Shown here: one piece after another, positions 1 through 14,177 of the stretch
Position numbering within the stretch: position 1 is the first letter of the stretch
Layout: the number at the start of each line of letters is the position of its first letter
Assembly: GCF_036321535.1 (NCBI RefSeq)
Contig: NC_087437.1
Span: forward strand, 44,704,001-44,768,000
Direction: 5' to 3'
Length of the DNA stretch: 64,000 nucleotides
Origin: Camelus dromedarius
Lineage: Eukaryota
Made by a program: the position numbers and the translations under genes
The notes under the pieces: generated by a model
Database searches by the model: none
Seen by the model: the letters and a program-made list of their open reading frames with translations, nothing else
Told to the model about the DNA's origin: nothing

Positions 1-349
1 GGAACCCTCTGTATGTACCATGGACCTGTCATCTACTGGCCCTAGCTGTCAGAATTCACAGGCCTTCGTACATGTATCTGTGGTTTTTTCTCATCTTGGA
101 ATTTTTGAGGCCTTTAAGTGTCCTAGATTCTTTTTGGTTGCTGGGCTTTTTCCATGGAGGAGGCTTTTGATGTGCCATGTGTATTAATGCTGAAAATAAA
201 TACCAGGTTTTCCAGAGTCTTTACTTTGTGGAGATTTGCAATACTCCTGAAGTCTTCTGTCCTGCTTCAATCTGAAACAGTTGCACACTAAGGCAGCTGC
301 ATACTTTCAACCTGGGATTTCGTATTGCTCTTTTCCTGTTTTGGATCCT

Positions 350-1780
350 TTGTATAAGCAAGATTATATCTTTTTCAGTCTTAGTTTATTTCTGTATCTT
401 GCTGGAGCACATCTAAGAGTAACTTCAAAAGAAAGGCTGCATACATGATACATTTGTTGGATTTGTGAATGTCTAGACATTTTGATTTTGCCCCTACCTG
501 TGGTTTTTAGTTTGGTTTGGTATACCAACTAGATTGAAAATTATGTTCAGTCAAAATTTTAAAGACATTTCTTCATTACCTTTTGGATTCCAGTGTTGCT
601 ATTTAGAATACAGTGTCACTCTGTTTTTCTATTAAAAGTAAATTTTTCTTTGGAGATTTTGTAGCATGTTTATTCTTGGTGTTCTTAAGTGTCGCTTCAT
701 GAGGATACTTCTGCACATAGTGGGTTAAACAATCTGCCCTTTTAGTCGTGTCCTTCATTTCTGGTGAATTTCCTTATAATTTCTCTTTGATTCCTCTCAC
801 CTATTTCCTTTGTTCTTTTTATCTGAAACTCCTCCTAACTGGCTTTGAGAGACGTAGGTTTTTGCATGACCTCTAATTATATTATTATTTAAATAACATT
901 TCTTATCTCTCATTTTTAAAAAATCTGATTTCTGGGAGATAACCTCGTGTTATCTTTAAGAACTTCTTTTGAATTTTTCATATTGATTTGCTGACTGTTT
1001 CTTTTTCATGGCATACTCTTTTCTCATGTTTTTTAATCAGATACAGTGTTTTTCTGATTGTTATTTAGTCTTTCTGAAGATTTTGATTAGCTTTTTTGAT
1101 ATTTTCTTCTGCTCTGTGTATTACTTGGGTTTTTTGGGGGGTTTTTTTGTTTGTTTTTTTGTTTTTTTGTTTTTTTTACCATTTTTTTCCCTATTGGCTT
1201 ATGTCAGCCTTTATCATGTTGCAGTTTTTTCTCATGTGTCTGAAAATTTTTATTAGTCATTCAAACTTAAGATAAAGACTCACCCAACTTTGTACTGTTC
1301 CTGGTGTCTGTGGGTGCCAAGTCATTACACTGTCTCATTCCTCCAGAGAACAAGCATCCAGGCTTTTGCCTGAATGATGGGAGCCTGGATGTCAACATTT
1401 TCTGTTTGAAGAGAGACTGAGAGTAACAAGAGCGATGACTTTCCCTGTGTAGACTATTCCCATGTCTGCACTCAGGCTCACCCTCAGCCTGTGCTGGACT
1501 GGGGCCTTCAGGTCCAGAATTTTCCCAGGTGTCTGCTTGGTACATTGAATGTCTTTGCTTGTACCCTCTCTACACACACTTTATTGTCATTTCTTTCCCT
1601 CAGTTAAATCATTCACTACTCATTTCCCTATTTTCTATCTCTTCTGTTAATATCTTCTCTTTTATCTCTGTGTCTTTGAAATTTCTTTATAGTTTTTTTC
1701 TTTTCTTTTTCTTTTACTTATGTCTCAGGAGAGGGAAGTGATTCACACATGTGTTTAATCTGCCATGTTTTCGCTGAAAA
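350..1780 (-). mobile_element. Ancient L1M/HAL1-like LINE fragment (5'/ORF1-like portion)
   Basis: Long T-rich degenerate tract with motifs resembling antisense old L1 (ttccagtgttgct..., ...tctgccatgttt near 1760). No intact ORF; boundaries approximate. Confidence 0.45.
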
Positions 1781-2439
1781 TGGTTCTGTTACTTCCAGTC
1801 CCCGAAATTTGTCATTCAGTGTACTGGTAACTGGTCCTAGATACTGCATCCTCCAATTATATGTTTTATTTATGACTCATCGACTTCTCTCTCTAAATGA
1901 CTTAACCTAATCCATCCCTTTATTTAAGTGATATGTACTGTGATAGAGCAAAATAAGTTTGACACCAGTGTCTAAAAGCCTCTGCCATAGTATTATTACA
2001 AGATAATCCAAATAAATAATAGGTTAAGTTTTAAAAATAAAAACAAGATGCATTGTGATTAAATGTTAAAATAAGGATGACACCAGACTAGATCACACTA
2101 GAATTTGGGGGTTTATCAGCGCCTATAGATTAAAGACTCTTTATGTCTATAGCTGGTTGAGGAGCTGATAACTTTAAGACTTGTATTATAATTTTCTAAT
2201 ATTTGTGACTTAGCATATCTTTTAATTTATGTCATTTTTATATCAAAAATTAGAGCAAGCATTTATTATATTTTTCTATTTTTGATCTTTACCCATATGT
2301 TTTTCTTCATTATCATTGACAGGAAATGATTATCTTAATTCAACAATTAACTTAATCTCCTTTCAAATTTGATGCATGCCAAATTCATCTTTGCATTTCT
2401 CACTCCTCAGTGTCTTAAAGTTAATAGTCTACACTATTC

Positions 2440-2650
2440 ATTGAACATTCAGTATGGACCAGAGACACGGCTAAGCACTTTACATGAATTATCTAAATTA
2501 ATTCTTCCCTCAACTCTATCAGGCAAATATTATTATAACCTTGCTTTAATGATGAGACATTTGATGTTCAAAATTAAGTAACTTGCTCAAGATCACACAG
2601 CCCATGCAAATGGGGTACAAAGCCAGACAGTGTGTTTTAAAGCCCTACCC
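2440..2650 (-). mobile_element. MIR SINE
   Basis: Reverse MIR core: ctaagcactttacatgaattatc...aattaagtaacttgctcaagatcacacagc. Confidence 0.75.
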
Positions 2651-3664
2651 TTAGCTAAAAGAGTATGCATCCGTGTGCACAGCAGGCAAACAGTAACTAT
2701 CTATCTGGTAAACAGATGAATGAAACCTTTACTAATCTTTTTAATCCTGAAGAAGTTCACACATTCAGAGAATTCACTTTCTACAAAATTTGCAATGTGA
2801 TGCTTACTAACAGTGAAAAAAATCTTCCACAAATTTTCTTCATTCCTGTTGATTTGCAATCATTCATGTAAAATCCCATTTCATGAAATCTTTGGAGTTT
2901 TTTGTAAATTATAAATGTTTATGAAATAGTTTCAGGATAGACAGTGGTCCTTAAATCACATGGTTAGAGCAGATGGCTGAAAATGGGTAGTTTATTCAAA
3001 TGCTTAATCTAAATTCCCAAGACCATTACTATTTTCTCTTTTTTCCTTCAAATTAACTTTGTGAAAAATACCTACCATATTATAATGATGGTGCTCAAAA
3101 TTCTATTTTAATTAGAAAGTACAGTCATATATTTTAAAATGTATATGCAGTATAGATAAGTGTTACTGAAAACTGTAGGACCTAAAGTCAGGCACCCTGA
3201 GTACAAGCTGTATTTCCTCAATTGTATGTGAAAACATATTAAGAATCTTAAAAATAATTTTACTGTTTTTTTAAGTGAAGATACTGTTAAGTTATGGTGT
3301 CATTATAAGATAAAGGAAAAAGATTTAGCTACAGCATATAAGAAGCATTTCCCCTCTCTTAGGAATAAAGATACAAATGTGTAAATAGAAGTTTTTAAAA
3401 TATTTTCCCCTCTGCCATGAGTATCATATAAAAGGAAGTTAAGCATCGCCCCTAACAGACCACTGTATCAAGTAGTGGAGGAATGTTTAATGTAACTTTC
3501 CTGGTTTTACTTTTACAGTATTTCCCTTCTTAGGAAATTCCCTAAATCCAGTCTGTATCAGCTCCTCCTTTGGAGGAAGCTGGGAGGAGGCTATATAGGA
3601 TGTGTGTATTGCTTTCTCCTCTGAAGATAACCTGAATCTCAGGTTGTCATATTTTGTGTCTGGT

Positions 3665-3895
3665 AAAGTGAAAAGAGCCTTGCACTTACAGTGGGAGAGT
3701 CAGGCTTGACTTCCAGCTCCATCATTGTTGAATATAACACCTTTGACAAATCCCTTCGTCTAATGAAAGTCTGTTTCTTCATTTATAAAATTGTTTTCAT
3801 ATCTGCATTACATTTTTATTGTGAAGATTTGACTAGACAATATATGGGTAAACCTGCCACAAATGATTGGAACATAGTAGGCCCTCAAAAATTTT
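3665..3895 (+). mobile_element. MIR SINE
   Basis: Degenerate MIR: ...gtctgtttcttcatttataaaat...gtgaagatt...gaacatagtaggccctcaaaaa. Confidence 0.6.
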
Positions 3896-4261
3896 AATTT
3901 CCTTTTGCTTTCCCTTGTTGAATCTGAATACCAACAATGGAAACTATTATTTGTGAAATTTGATCATACTCTGTTTATAAGAACCTTAGCTATTTCCTAC
4001 AAAGGCTTGAGTTTTATTTCTTAAATGATTTTCTCAGTCACTGACATGGACTTAACCTTTGTAATGAAATTCAATGAAAAAGTCAACACAGTACTATCCT
4101 TTATCCATTTTATCTGTTCCTCTGAAGACATTTTTAGTCTCTCTGGTGTGGACTTCACATATAAGGACTCTAAGAAATCCTGCTATTTCTCTTTTTCTCT
4201 CTCTAGATACACGATATAGCAAGAAAGCTCCTATATTAAACAAAAACAAATTATTGAGGGA

Positions 4262-4400
4262 GGGAATGAAAATGTTCTGGAACTAGGTAGTGATGATATT
4301 TGCATAACCTCGTGAATATATTAAATGCTACAGAATTGTACATTTTAAAGTAGTTCAAATGGTGAATTTTCTGTTATGTGAACTTTACCACAATAAAAAG
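4262..4400 (+). mobile_element. L1MB/L1MC-like 3' end
   Basis: gaaaatgttctggaacta...gaattgtacattttaaa...atggtgaattttctgttatgtgaactttaccacaataaaaa, a typical old L1 3' terminus. Confidence 0.75.
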
Positions 4401-4659
4401 AAAGTCAACTAATCAAAAGGGGCTTTATTGCCTTGCCAATGTGCCTGGCATATAGTAAGATGCTCAGAAAATGAGATTACCATGTAATTTACTGTCCAAA
4501 ACAGTTTGTGCTTTCTGCGACAAATGTTAAACTGTATAAGACATAAGGACCAAAATATAAAATTGGATTCTCTGGGGAAAATGAGATATATGTACATCTT
4601 ACCTGAAAGCTGTAATTTTTTCACCTACTCTAACAGCAAAAAAACAGCATTTTTTTTCA

Positions 4660-5270
4660 AATTTCTTTTCTTTGGGAAATGATATGTTCACATGATTCCA
4701 AATCAAACAGTGTGAAAAGATTTTGGTGGAAAATTTTGTTCCCATTTCTTTCCCTCCTCCTTATTCCACAGATAATTCCTTCATCAGTGTTTTCTGTGTT
4801 CTTCCTGATGTTTTTAAATTTAGATACAAATAATTATACACCTGCACACATACAAACACACACACACATGTGTATGCAAACTTATATAAGCTTTTATACA
4901 AACGCTCTTGAACCTTACCTTTTTCACTTAGCAATATACCTTGGGCAACTTTCTCTGCTGTTACAAAAATGAATTCTTCATTCTTTTTCTCAGCTGTGAG
5001 GTATTCCAGTGTATGTTCAGAACATGTTTATCTAATTAAATGTTAGTGGACTGTTGGTGGACTGTTAGGTCATTTCAATCTTTTGCTACTACAACAATGC
5101 TTTAAAAAATACTTCTGTACTTGCATCATTTCCTTCAAGGACAACGTATCAACAGGGCAAATTTCCCAGGAGTAGGAGTTCTAGGTCAACTTAATTTTGA
5201 TAAATATGGCCAAATCCTTTCCAAGAAACAAGGCCAATTATAATCCTAAGAGTAATGTATGAATGTAAAC
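4660..5270 (-). mobile_element. Old L1M (L1ME/MC-like) 3' region
   Basis: Antisense L1 motifs: ttttttcacttagcaatata, tttcaatcttttgctactacaacaatgc, ttttgataaatatggccaaat. Confidence 0.6.
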
Positions 5271-5700
5271 TGAGAAAGTCTTGATAGGGTGGCAGATGAT
5301 CAAATATGAAAGTCTTAATCCCCTGTTGCAGCAGGCTTTATAAATGGGAAATGAAAGATTATTGAAAGTATATATTAATATTTTACAACTATGCCTATGA
5401 TGATCCAGGTTATTCTACTAAGGATACTATTTTACCTGGTGATATATGGAAAAATGTTGGGGCTCATTGGTACCGTAGTGTGGGATAGGAAGTTTAGAGT
5501 CTATCCTGAGTTAGGCCCAACTGGGTATTTCTATTTGATTTGCTTTCCCATCTTTACATGAGTGAATGGGTATACTTAAGGGTTGGACTTTTTAAAAATA
5601 ATGTATGAAATTGCCTTTCTAATTGGTTTACATTTTAAGAGCGTTATAAAAATGCAGTTTTTTACCAATAGAAAAAAATAAAATGAAATCTTTATGCCAT

Positions 5701-5830
5701 TGTTATGGGCTGAAATGTGTCCCCACAAAATTCACATGCTGAGGTCCTAAACCACAGTATCTCAGAATGTGACTGCATTTTGAAATAGGGTTTTTACAGA
5801 GGTAAGTTAAAATGAGGTGATTAGGTTGGC
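5701..5830 (+). mobile_element. Truncated MaLR LTR (MLT1A/B-like, 5' part)
   Basis: tgttatgggctgaaatgtgtcccc...ctcagaatgtgactgcattttgaaataggg matches the MLT1 5' end. Confidence 0.75.
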
Positions 5831-6492
5831 AGCATTAGCAAAGTAATACAGTCTTAGCAAAGTATATCTTAGAGGATTTCTGAGAATTCTTTCATTATTA
5901 GTTTCACTTAAGGATTTTCTTTTCAGTGATTATACAACTTAAATTCACCGTGCTAAGAATTTTAGGCCCCTTGCTTATTTCCAGGGAGGTTTTCCATGTA
6001 AAGAGACTACAATAATTAGTTATAATGTATTTTCTTCATGTTTTACTGTAAGGTTAATACAGATTAACAGTAAATATTTGAGCCATGATTCATTATTGGA
6101 CAATCCATACTTCAGTTTGGAATAGATTCATTAATATTCAAGGGGCCTTAGTGCAAAGATAGGAGTACTTACTACTATTTTTACTTTGTTTAATTTTCAG
6201 TTTAACATTTTCTAATTATCAATATGATACTAATACAGCTGATAAAAAATGCATATAACTACTGAGATCTCACCGAACATTTAAGCTTATTGTAAACTTA
6301 GGCAATGAAGTACCTTAACAATTCTAACATTAGAGTTTCTTAATGCTTTAATCACTCTAAAAATTAAGCAAATAAAAATATAATCATTACAATCTGGTCA
6401 TCTCTGTCTTCTCGGAGTTGAGTACAAAATGCTAAATCTGTGGATTTAAATTTGTTTCTGAACTCTGTTCTTTTTCCTATCTTTTTTCAAGC

Positions 6493-6842
6493 TTTTTTGA
6501 GGTCTAAGTGACAAATAAGATTGTAAGATATTTAAAGTGTGCAATGTGATGATTCGATATATATATATATATACACACACACACATACACACACATGGTG
6601 AAAGGATTCTCACCATTGAGTTTACACATACAGCATCTCACTTTATTCTTTCTTAGAAAATTTCAATTCTGAAATCCAATATTATCAACTGGATATACAA
6701 CAATATAATTCTGTTAGATCCTTATTTCTTATTCATTCTGTAACTGAAAGTTTTTACCCTTTTATTAATTTCTCCCTATTTCCCATACTCCCTAGGCCCT
6801 GACAACTACCATTCTACTCTCTGTTTCTATGAGCTCGACTTA
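6493..6842 (-). mobile_element. L1MA-like 3' end with internal (TA)n(CA)n tract
   Basis: tgacaaataagattgta...atttaaagtgtgcaatgtgatgatt...actaccattctactctctgtttctatgag. Confidence 0.75.
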
Positions 6843-7805
6843 CTAATTTAATTTCTTAGTTCTTTAGATCTACCTGGTAATTTCTTGCACTTGTGAGCTA
6901 GGGTTACAGACTCAGAGTAGTGTGACTGATACAAGTCCATGATGGAGAACCTGACATGAGCCTTTAGTGGGCATTCCAGGATGATTCACATTCTTTTTCT
7001 ACATGATCTGGTTCCAAGTATTATTTAACTTTGCTCATTTCATCAGTTACTGGCCAAATTATTGCCTCTCATATATTAGCTAGGTTTTGTTGATGACACT
7101 AGTCATGTATTTAAAATGATGTTTGATTTGATTTTCTTACATTTGTAGTAAGCCTGCCATGTCTTTTCTTCATTATACACAGCTAAAGCCAATCTTGCAA
7201 CTGCCGGTCTGTGGGGTCTGATCTGGTTTTGTTGATTCTAAAGCCTTCAGCATATTTGGTTCACTAATATTGCAAGATTTATTTCTTATATTCTAATTAG
7301 ACCCTTAATATTGGCATATCTCTATTCTTCCTAGCAATAAATCACTTGTTTGCATATGTATTATGGTCATATACAGTAACACAAAAACAAATATTGAATG
7401 TCTTGAACACCCAAGACCCTGTGTTAGGTGTTATGGGATACTGTGAAGATAATCCTTCTTCCACCTGCCATAATCATTTTTCTTTAGAAACAAGGTGAAA
7501 TGTGCATACATAAATAGCTCTAATGCAAGGCAGGGAAAAATATGTGCCATTAGAGAAGTCTAGATAAATCAGACTAAATTTTGGGGGGACAGTTGCATAT
7601 ATAGCTGGCTAGAGGGATCTAAGTCAATTACTCAAGAAGGCAGCATTTGAGTAAAGTATTGAAGTATAAATAGTATCCCATATATAATACTGGAGGAAAA
7701 GAGTTTTCTAGCCCAAAGATACAACAGGCTTAAAGGCACAGAGTAGAAACACAGATGTGGACCTTCCTGTGGAGCAAGGAGCTTTGTTTTCAGAGAAAGC
7801 AGAAG

Positions 7806-7912
7806 TTTTTCTTTTTCTTTTTTTTCTTTTCCCCTTTCCTTTTCCTTTTCTTTTCTTTCCCTTTTTTCCTTTCTCTTTCTTCCTTCCTTCTTCATTCTTT
7901 CTTTCTTTTTAT
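7806..7912. repeat. TC-rich low-complexity tract
   Basis: Near-pure pyrimidine run of TTTC/TTCC-like units. Confidence 0.85.
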
Positions 7913-8049
7913 TCATGCATTTATTCAGTAAACTTCTGATTGGAGCCTTCTATGAATCAGAATGTGTTAGACACTAGGGCTACAAAAAAAGAAAGGAAAT
8001 AAAATTCTTTCACTCTAATGTTTTACTTTCTTGTAAAAACTAATAATAA

Positions 8050-8285
8050 TAACTAATAATTATTATGTGCCAGGTATATTCAAAGTGCTTTACCACTATT
8101 AATTACTTTAATCCTCATAAAACATTATGATGTAGTTACTATTAGCTCCATTTTGTAAATGGAGAAACTAATGCAGAGAGAAGGTAAGAAAGCCGATCAA
8201 TTTATATAGCTAAGGAATGGCAGATTCAGGATTTAAACTCAGGAATCTGGCTCCAGAGTCTGCTTTTAAGCACTACATTCTGCTA
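8050..8285 (-). mobile_element. MIR SINE
   Basis: tatgtgccagg...tttaatcctcataaaac...ccattttgtaaatggagaaact...caggatttaaactcaggaatctggctccagagtc. Confidence 0.8.
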
Positions 8286-9842
8286 CATAATACATGAATT
8301 GGTAGATAACTCTATGGATAAATACAGACAGATTGTGAATGGCCTTGAATGACAAGCTAAGAAGTTTGACACTATCAAAACTATAATTTTAAAAGATCAT
8401 CCTGGCAGCAGTGAGTAAGATTGATTGAAACAGCAAAGTTCTACAGCAAGTGGGAGGCTGTTGTTTTACTCTAGATGACAGATGATGAAGTTTCGAGCTA
8501 GGGTGGTAGCTGTGATAATACACAGAAGAGAACTGTATCGGGGTAGAATTAACAGGAATTGGTTAGGAGAACAAGAGTCAAATATGATGACAGTGGCATC
8601 AGTCAGTATTCTGTACATTACAAGTGACAGGAAACCAACTCAAACTTGCTTAAATGAAAATGAGAATTCATTGGTTCATATATTTGAATCAAGACATTCC
8701 TTCTTGTGCTGTTTCTCAGATCCACTTTCCCTTACTGGCTCATCTTCAGGTAGATTGCATATATGTGGTGGTGTAGATGGCTCCTGGACTCCAGAATTAC
8801 ATCATCCAAGAGGCTGGAAAATCTCCATCAAAAGGGAGCCTCTTCATATGTATTTCAATCAGAAAGTAGTGAATGGCTCTAGTGACTCAATTTAAGTCAG
8901 CTTTCCACCCCAGGAGCTACAGTTGGGATCAACCTCTTTTCAAACCCTTAGACAAGGAGAGAGGAAAGATCTTCTCAAAAGAAAGAGGTATAAGACAAAA
9001 AATAAGGATTCACGTAGCCAACATTTTGAGCCTAGTTACTGAGATTGTGATAGTGCCCTTTATCAGAAATAAAGCATATAAGAAAAGGGTTAATTGGAGT
9101 TTGAAAATGAAGAAAATAATTCATACATATTGAGCTTAAATATTGGCAAACTACTTGGGTAGAAAGACTAGCAAAGAATTTGAAATTATACTTGAGTTCA
9201 GGAGAAAGGTGAAAGCTAAATACAGAATATTAGAAGTCAAGTAGATAGAGAAATGTTTGCTGAAACTGTAAACTTTATGAGATTAAGAAAAATGAATGTC
9301 ACAGATATGAAAGGAGACCCCAAATCAAATACTGTCATTGATACTGAGAGATGAGGGTTCTAAGAAGACAGATTGGTCACCAAGCTCAAAAGCCCCAGCT
9401 AGATCAAGGAAGGGTTGATCAAAGCTATTTTGTCTAGAGAAACAGCAAATCAATGATGGCCTCCAAGAGAACAACTTCAGGTGAAACAAAAGCACATTGT
9501 GAGGAATTAAAGAATCAATGAGGGAGAACAGAGTAGCCTCCAGTTGTTAGCTAGTCTACTAAGTAGCAAACTATGTGATCATGGGCAAAAACCTAAAATC
9601 TTGAAGGCTCTGTTTGCTCAAGCTTAAAGTAGAGATTGTAACAGTAATTTTGTCTGCTTTATAGATATTACTTGAGGTTATGTTCAAAAAGAACTTGACA
9701 TAGTGCCTGGCAAGTCACAAGTTCTCAGTCAAGGTTAGCTCTTCGTGTGTGGGTGATACGGTGAGCAGGGAGGATGCAAGAGCAGCACGAGTTTGGAATT
9801 ATTACACGACTGTTTGCAGTAAAGGGAAGTAGACAGATATAT

Positions 9843-10230
9843 GTGGCAGATGAAAGGTGGCCACAAATTCTTTGATATTCGTCCTGTTAAGAGATGGATC
9901 CCACTTCCACTTCCTGTCTCTCGGAATGTTTGCCCTGGAGAGATCCAGTCACCATGTAAAAAGTGCAGTTATCCTGTGACTGCCGTCTGTGAGGAGACTC
10001 TGGGTAGCCATTAGAAGAGCTTGCTGAAGAGAGACATCAGACCACAAATGTGTGCCTGGATGACTTCTTAGGACCACCACCCAACCACCACCCAACCAAA
10101 ACTACATGAGAGACCCTGAGTGAAAACTGCCCACTGCAACGCAATCAACCCACAGAACCATGAGTGATCATCATACATTATTGTTTTCAAACACTATGGT
10201 TTGTTTCCTAGCAAAAGAGAAACAGAACAG
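9843..10230 (+). mobile_element. MaLR LTR (MLT1F/G/H-like)
   Basis: gtggcagatgaaaggtggccacaaattctttga start; aacccacagaaccatgag...tggtttgtttcctagcaaaagagaaacagaaca end. Confidence 0.65.
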
Positions 10231-10824
10231 ACATCACTTGTGAGAATGACAGTCAAGGGAAGATATCATTGAATTATTCTTTTTGTTGTGTTGTGTTTTC
10301 ATTTATTTAGAATGTTGACCGGGGATTTATGCAGGCTGAGGATTTATGTTCTGAAGAAAAAGGAACTGAAGCTACAAAAAAGACATCAGATAGTAAATGT
10401 AGCAGGGACCCAAAGAGACAGTTAAAAATGTACTCAAGTTCTTAGCGGGGGGAGTTGACCTTGGGAAGCAGATTGAGCACCTCTTCCTCTGAGAAGGAGA
10501 GAATGAGAAGAGAGAAAGCAAAGCTGGAGGGGCAGAGTAGGGAATATGAGAGAGATCTATGTAAACAACAAGTTTTCTTCATGTGTTTTAGTCTGAACTC
10601 TCAAAGACTTGAGTCATTACATTTTTATGGCTGTTAGGACCTCCCGAAGGCTGCTGCCTCCTCCTCCTCCTGGGTTCTGTTGATTGGAATCACAGGGAGG
10701 CTAATCAGGGGACATGGAAATCGAAGATCTTAGGTCACAGCAGGATTCGAGTCATTTACTGCCAGGCTCCCTTTTGACCCAAGAATTCTGGCTACTGCCA
10801 TTATTACCTTCTTTTTTACCTCAC

Positions 10825-10827
<3 letters not shown>

Positions 10828-10868
<41 letters not shown>
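10828..10868. repeat. (AC)20 microsatellite
   Basis: Perfect dinucleotide run. Confidence 0.97.
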
Positions 10869-10869
<1 letters not shown>

Positions 10870-11799
10870 TATAAGCTTTAGCACACTTAAAGATTCTCGA
10901 ACACAGATATTTTATCTTTTTTACACAGGTGAAATGGGAGAAAAAAAAAAGGAACTACAAAGTGGTGCTTTGGCAGACCTGCCAACTGTTCTTTCTCAAC
11001 GTGTGCCATGCAGACACTTCTCACTTAATGTACCGCACATGCATCATCCTTGAATGTTTAGTTTTATGGCTGCAGAAGTAATTTCCGAAGGTCATCTTAG
11101 AATGAGTGAAAACCTGAAGGTTCATGCAATTTATGTTCATTTTAGATAATATTGTATAACATTTAGGAACTATCAACTTTCATTCTCTACATGTTTGATC
11201 TAGTAATTGTAAAGATGAAATATGTTATCAGCCTTCCAGGAGTGTATACCCTTGCTGTGAAAAATCATATTCCAAAATGAGTTAAAAAATGTAAACTTGT
11301 CTACTTACTTTTCCTTAACAGACTTTTCTTCATCTCCGTCACACTTCACTAGCCTTAAGAGTGTGAAGTGGGAAAACACAAAAGCAGAACACTTCCAGGA
11401 GTATAAAAGGTACAGAAAAGAATTAACCAGATTTAAAAATGCAAAGCTCTCTTTAATCTGTGGAGACTAGTTAGATATAATCTCTGGGGTTATTTCACAG
11501 GTGTATGTTAAGGTATAGTCACCATCATCAACATTTCAGGTTTATAAAAAATATTCTTGACTTTGTGGTTCATGTGGTTTGGCTCTGAGTTACAAGGTCC
11601 TTGATATTTTTATTCCTCTCTTGCTGTGATGTTGGCTTCTGTTGCCACTACCTCTTTCATCGGGACTTCACAGATCCCTCTTCTCCCAAATATCCATTCA
11701 TTTCCTCTTCACTATATCTCTTTTATCAGCCCTCAAGCAGACGTTTTTCATCACCCTCAGGAAACAAACACACAAGACAAAATGAAACCAGTCTTTCTG

Positions 11800-13325
11800 G
11801 CAGTGCTGCCCCTCCTTGTGACACTGCCCTCCTTTTCTCCTCTCTCATCCTCCAGACTCTGAAGGGATTTTTCTACTATGTCCATTTTTAGGTCTTTGGT
11901 CCACGCTTCCTCCCGCAATGATTTCATTTGCACTTTTGCTACTGAATGAAAATGCTTCTGCATTGGAGAGAGTGGACAGGAACATCTCAGCTCTCCTGAG
12001 GGTCAGTAGGGGACAATCAGGTGTCTCTTTTCAACTCTTAACCTTACAGATGGCTCTGCATCTCTCTTATTTTGGATCTTAAGGCATTCTTCATGATTTC
12101 TTTTCCTGCTGCACTAGTCATGTCTGTATTTGTCCCTTAAATGTGTCCCCTCCACACTCATGCACATGTGGAAACACATGGTTTCATCCTCAGGTCTTGT
12201 CTTTTCTTCACACTCTACCTGGGTGAATGTGAAGGAAAAAAGAAGAAAACACATTAACTCCTAGGCCTCAGCTACCCTGGACATCCTGGAGATCTCCGGA
12301 ACCTGTCTCTCTGGTGCCCATTTGCCTGCTTGAAAATGCCCAGGAACCTCAGTTCCAATTGACTAAATGTCATTTCTCTTCCATCACTCCTCAAACTTTG
12401 TTCTCTTCCCATATGTGTTCTCTCAGTTAATGGGTCATTTTGATTCACTTAACCCAGCAGCTAGCAAGCTAGGTATTATCATAGTAGATTGAAACTCACA
12501 GCCAATGTCCAACCATTAGACATACAGAACCAGCAATTTCACATGGTTTAACTTAATACATTTCCTTTTCTTTTCCTCTTCCTTATCCAATCAGTCACCA
12601 AATTCCATTTAATTTAACTTCAGAGGCCCTAAATCCATTCATTCTTCCCTATTTTTAACTTCCACTGCCATAACTCACAACCTCTTAATTGCTTGCTTAT
12701 ATTGTTGTGAAATTATCTGGATTAATCCTTTTGAGTCTATCCTTTTGCATTTTGAGGGTTTTCCAGATGTTGATAGTAGATTGTCTTTAAGAACAGAGAT
12801 CTGTGAGCAGAGCCCCTGTTGTTTGCCTGTTTCTACAGCGTAATATTTCTTTTCAGTATTATGACATTCATGTCCTCATTCTAGATAACTACCACAGCTT
12901 TAACGTTAGCGTCCCTATCTCCCCTACCAGACCTGGCCCCCTCTAGGCATCCTAAGGTTGAACTTGCATGAGTGGCTTGCTAGCTCAGGAACAGGCTTTG
13001 CCCTTTAACGCTGCAGGTAATGATCCCAATGTGAATGTCTCACTTTTCCCCTTTGAGGATATCCCACGCAGTCTACCATTGTCACCTGCTCTATGAAATC
13101 TTCCCTGATAGACTTACTACCCATTCCTTGAACACCAGAAGAAAATTAATTGCTTCTTTTCTGTGTATACTTTAAAGGGCTCTATTGTAGTAATAATCAC
13201 ATTGTATGAATTATAGATCTTTTATCTATTTGAAGCTCCTGCTGTCTTAGCAGCTTTTTTTGACTGTATAGAGTAGGCATTTAAATATTGAATGAATGAA
13301 TACGTAAGTAGATGAATGCATGAAT
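11800..13325 (+). mobile_element. Fragmented L2 LINE
   Basis: Pyrimidine-rich L2-like body (atccaatcagtcaccaaattcc; ctatgaaatcttccctga) ending gagtaggcatttaaatattgaatgaatgaat, the L2 tail. Confidence 0.55.
12482..12558. mobile_element. MADE2-like mariner MITE inserted in L2
   Basis: About 77 bp. The right end caatttcacatggtttaacttaata matches the remembered MADE2/HSMAR2 TIR; the left end tagtagattgaa is degenerate. Confidence 0.6.
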
Positions 13326-13689
13326 TGGAATGTAAGTTTCACTTTTATTTATTCCCACATGAATGGGACATGTCAGTCAGCTCTGTCATGACTAGTCTCT
13401 CTGTGATGGCACTGAGTATATCTGTAAGTCTCTCAATTAGAATGTCACCACCTGCTGACTCTGTTGTATCAACTATTTGGAAATGATGAAAAATAGTCAT
13501 TAATATTTATAATGTGTTTTGCAGTCTTAAGAGTTTTTCGTTACATATTAACTCACTCACTTTTGCAACAGCTCTGTAAATTAGGCACTGTTACAGGGAG
13601 GCACTCTGAAGTTATGACTCATTTAAGGATAAAACAGGCAGAAAATGACAGAACTAGAAAATCACCCAGGATTTCACACTGAAGCCTGC

Positions 13690-13890
13690 TGTGTGAGCAC
13701 TGTGGATTCGGTCTACCTGGGTTGAAATCCCAGTTCCTCCACTTAGTAGCCCTGGGCCTCCTTTCTTTACCCATAAAATCAGGTGATATCGTCCCTACTA
13801 GAAGGGTTTTTGTGAAGAGTAAAGGAATTGAATATATCTATAGTTTGCAGCAGAGTGCTTGCCATTTAGTTAATATAAATGTTAATTGTT
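13690..13890 (+). mobile_element. MIR SINE (another MIR in opposite orientation at about 13490-13690)
   Basis: ctacctgggttgaaatcccagttcctccacttagtagc...gggtttttgtgaagagtaaa...cagagtgcttgccatttagt. Confidence 0.7.
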
Positions 13891-14177
13891 GTTATTATGC
13901 TATAGATTTTCTCTGGTAAAGAGGGACTGGACCTGTATCATAGCTAGAATCACTCTCTCTTTCTCTCCTCCCACCCTTCTCTCAACAATTAATTTAAGAA
14001 GCTGTATTGAAGAGCTGTGTGAATAGGGTCATGTCACAGAAAATAATCCGATAAGAAAAGTCATGTGGACACATGGGTAGAAAGCTAAGCACTCCTGAGT
14101 CTGTTGTTTCTAGATGTCTTGACCCAAACTAATCATAATCTAGTCTCGCAAAACTCTCAGGAGAGACTAAAAGGGGC

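Noticed and set aside
7632..7939. K/E/R-rich and F-rich ORFs
   Set aside because: They are translations of a TC-rich low-complexity tract.
8482..8895. 137-aa ORF with ATG
   Set aside because: It spans decayed L2/MLT-like sequence and resembles no protein I recognise.
11343..11370. 8-bp hairpin CACTTCAC...GTGAAGTG
   Set aside because: Short enough to occur by chance in 64 kb.
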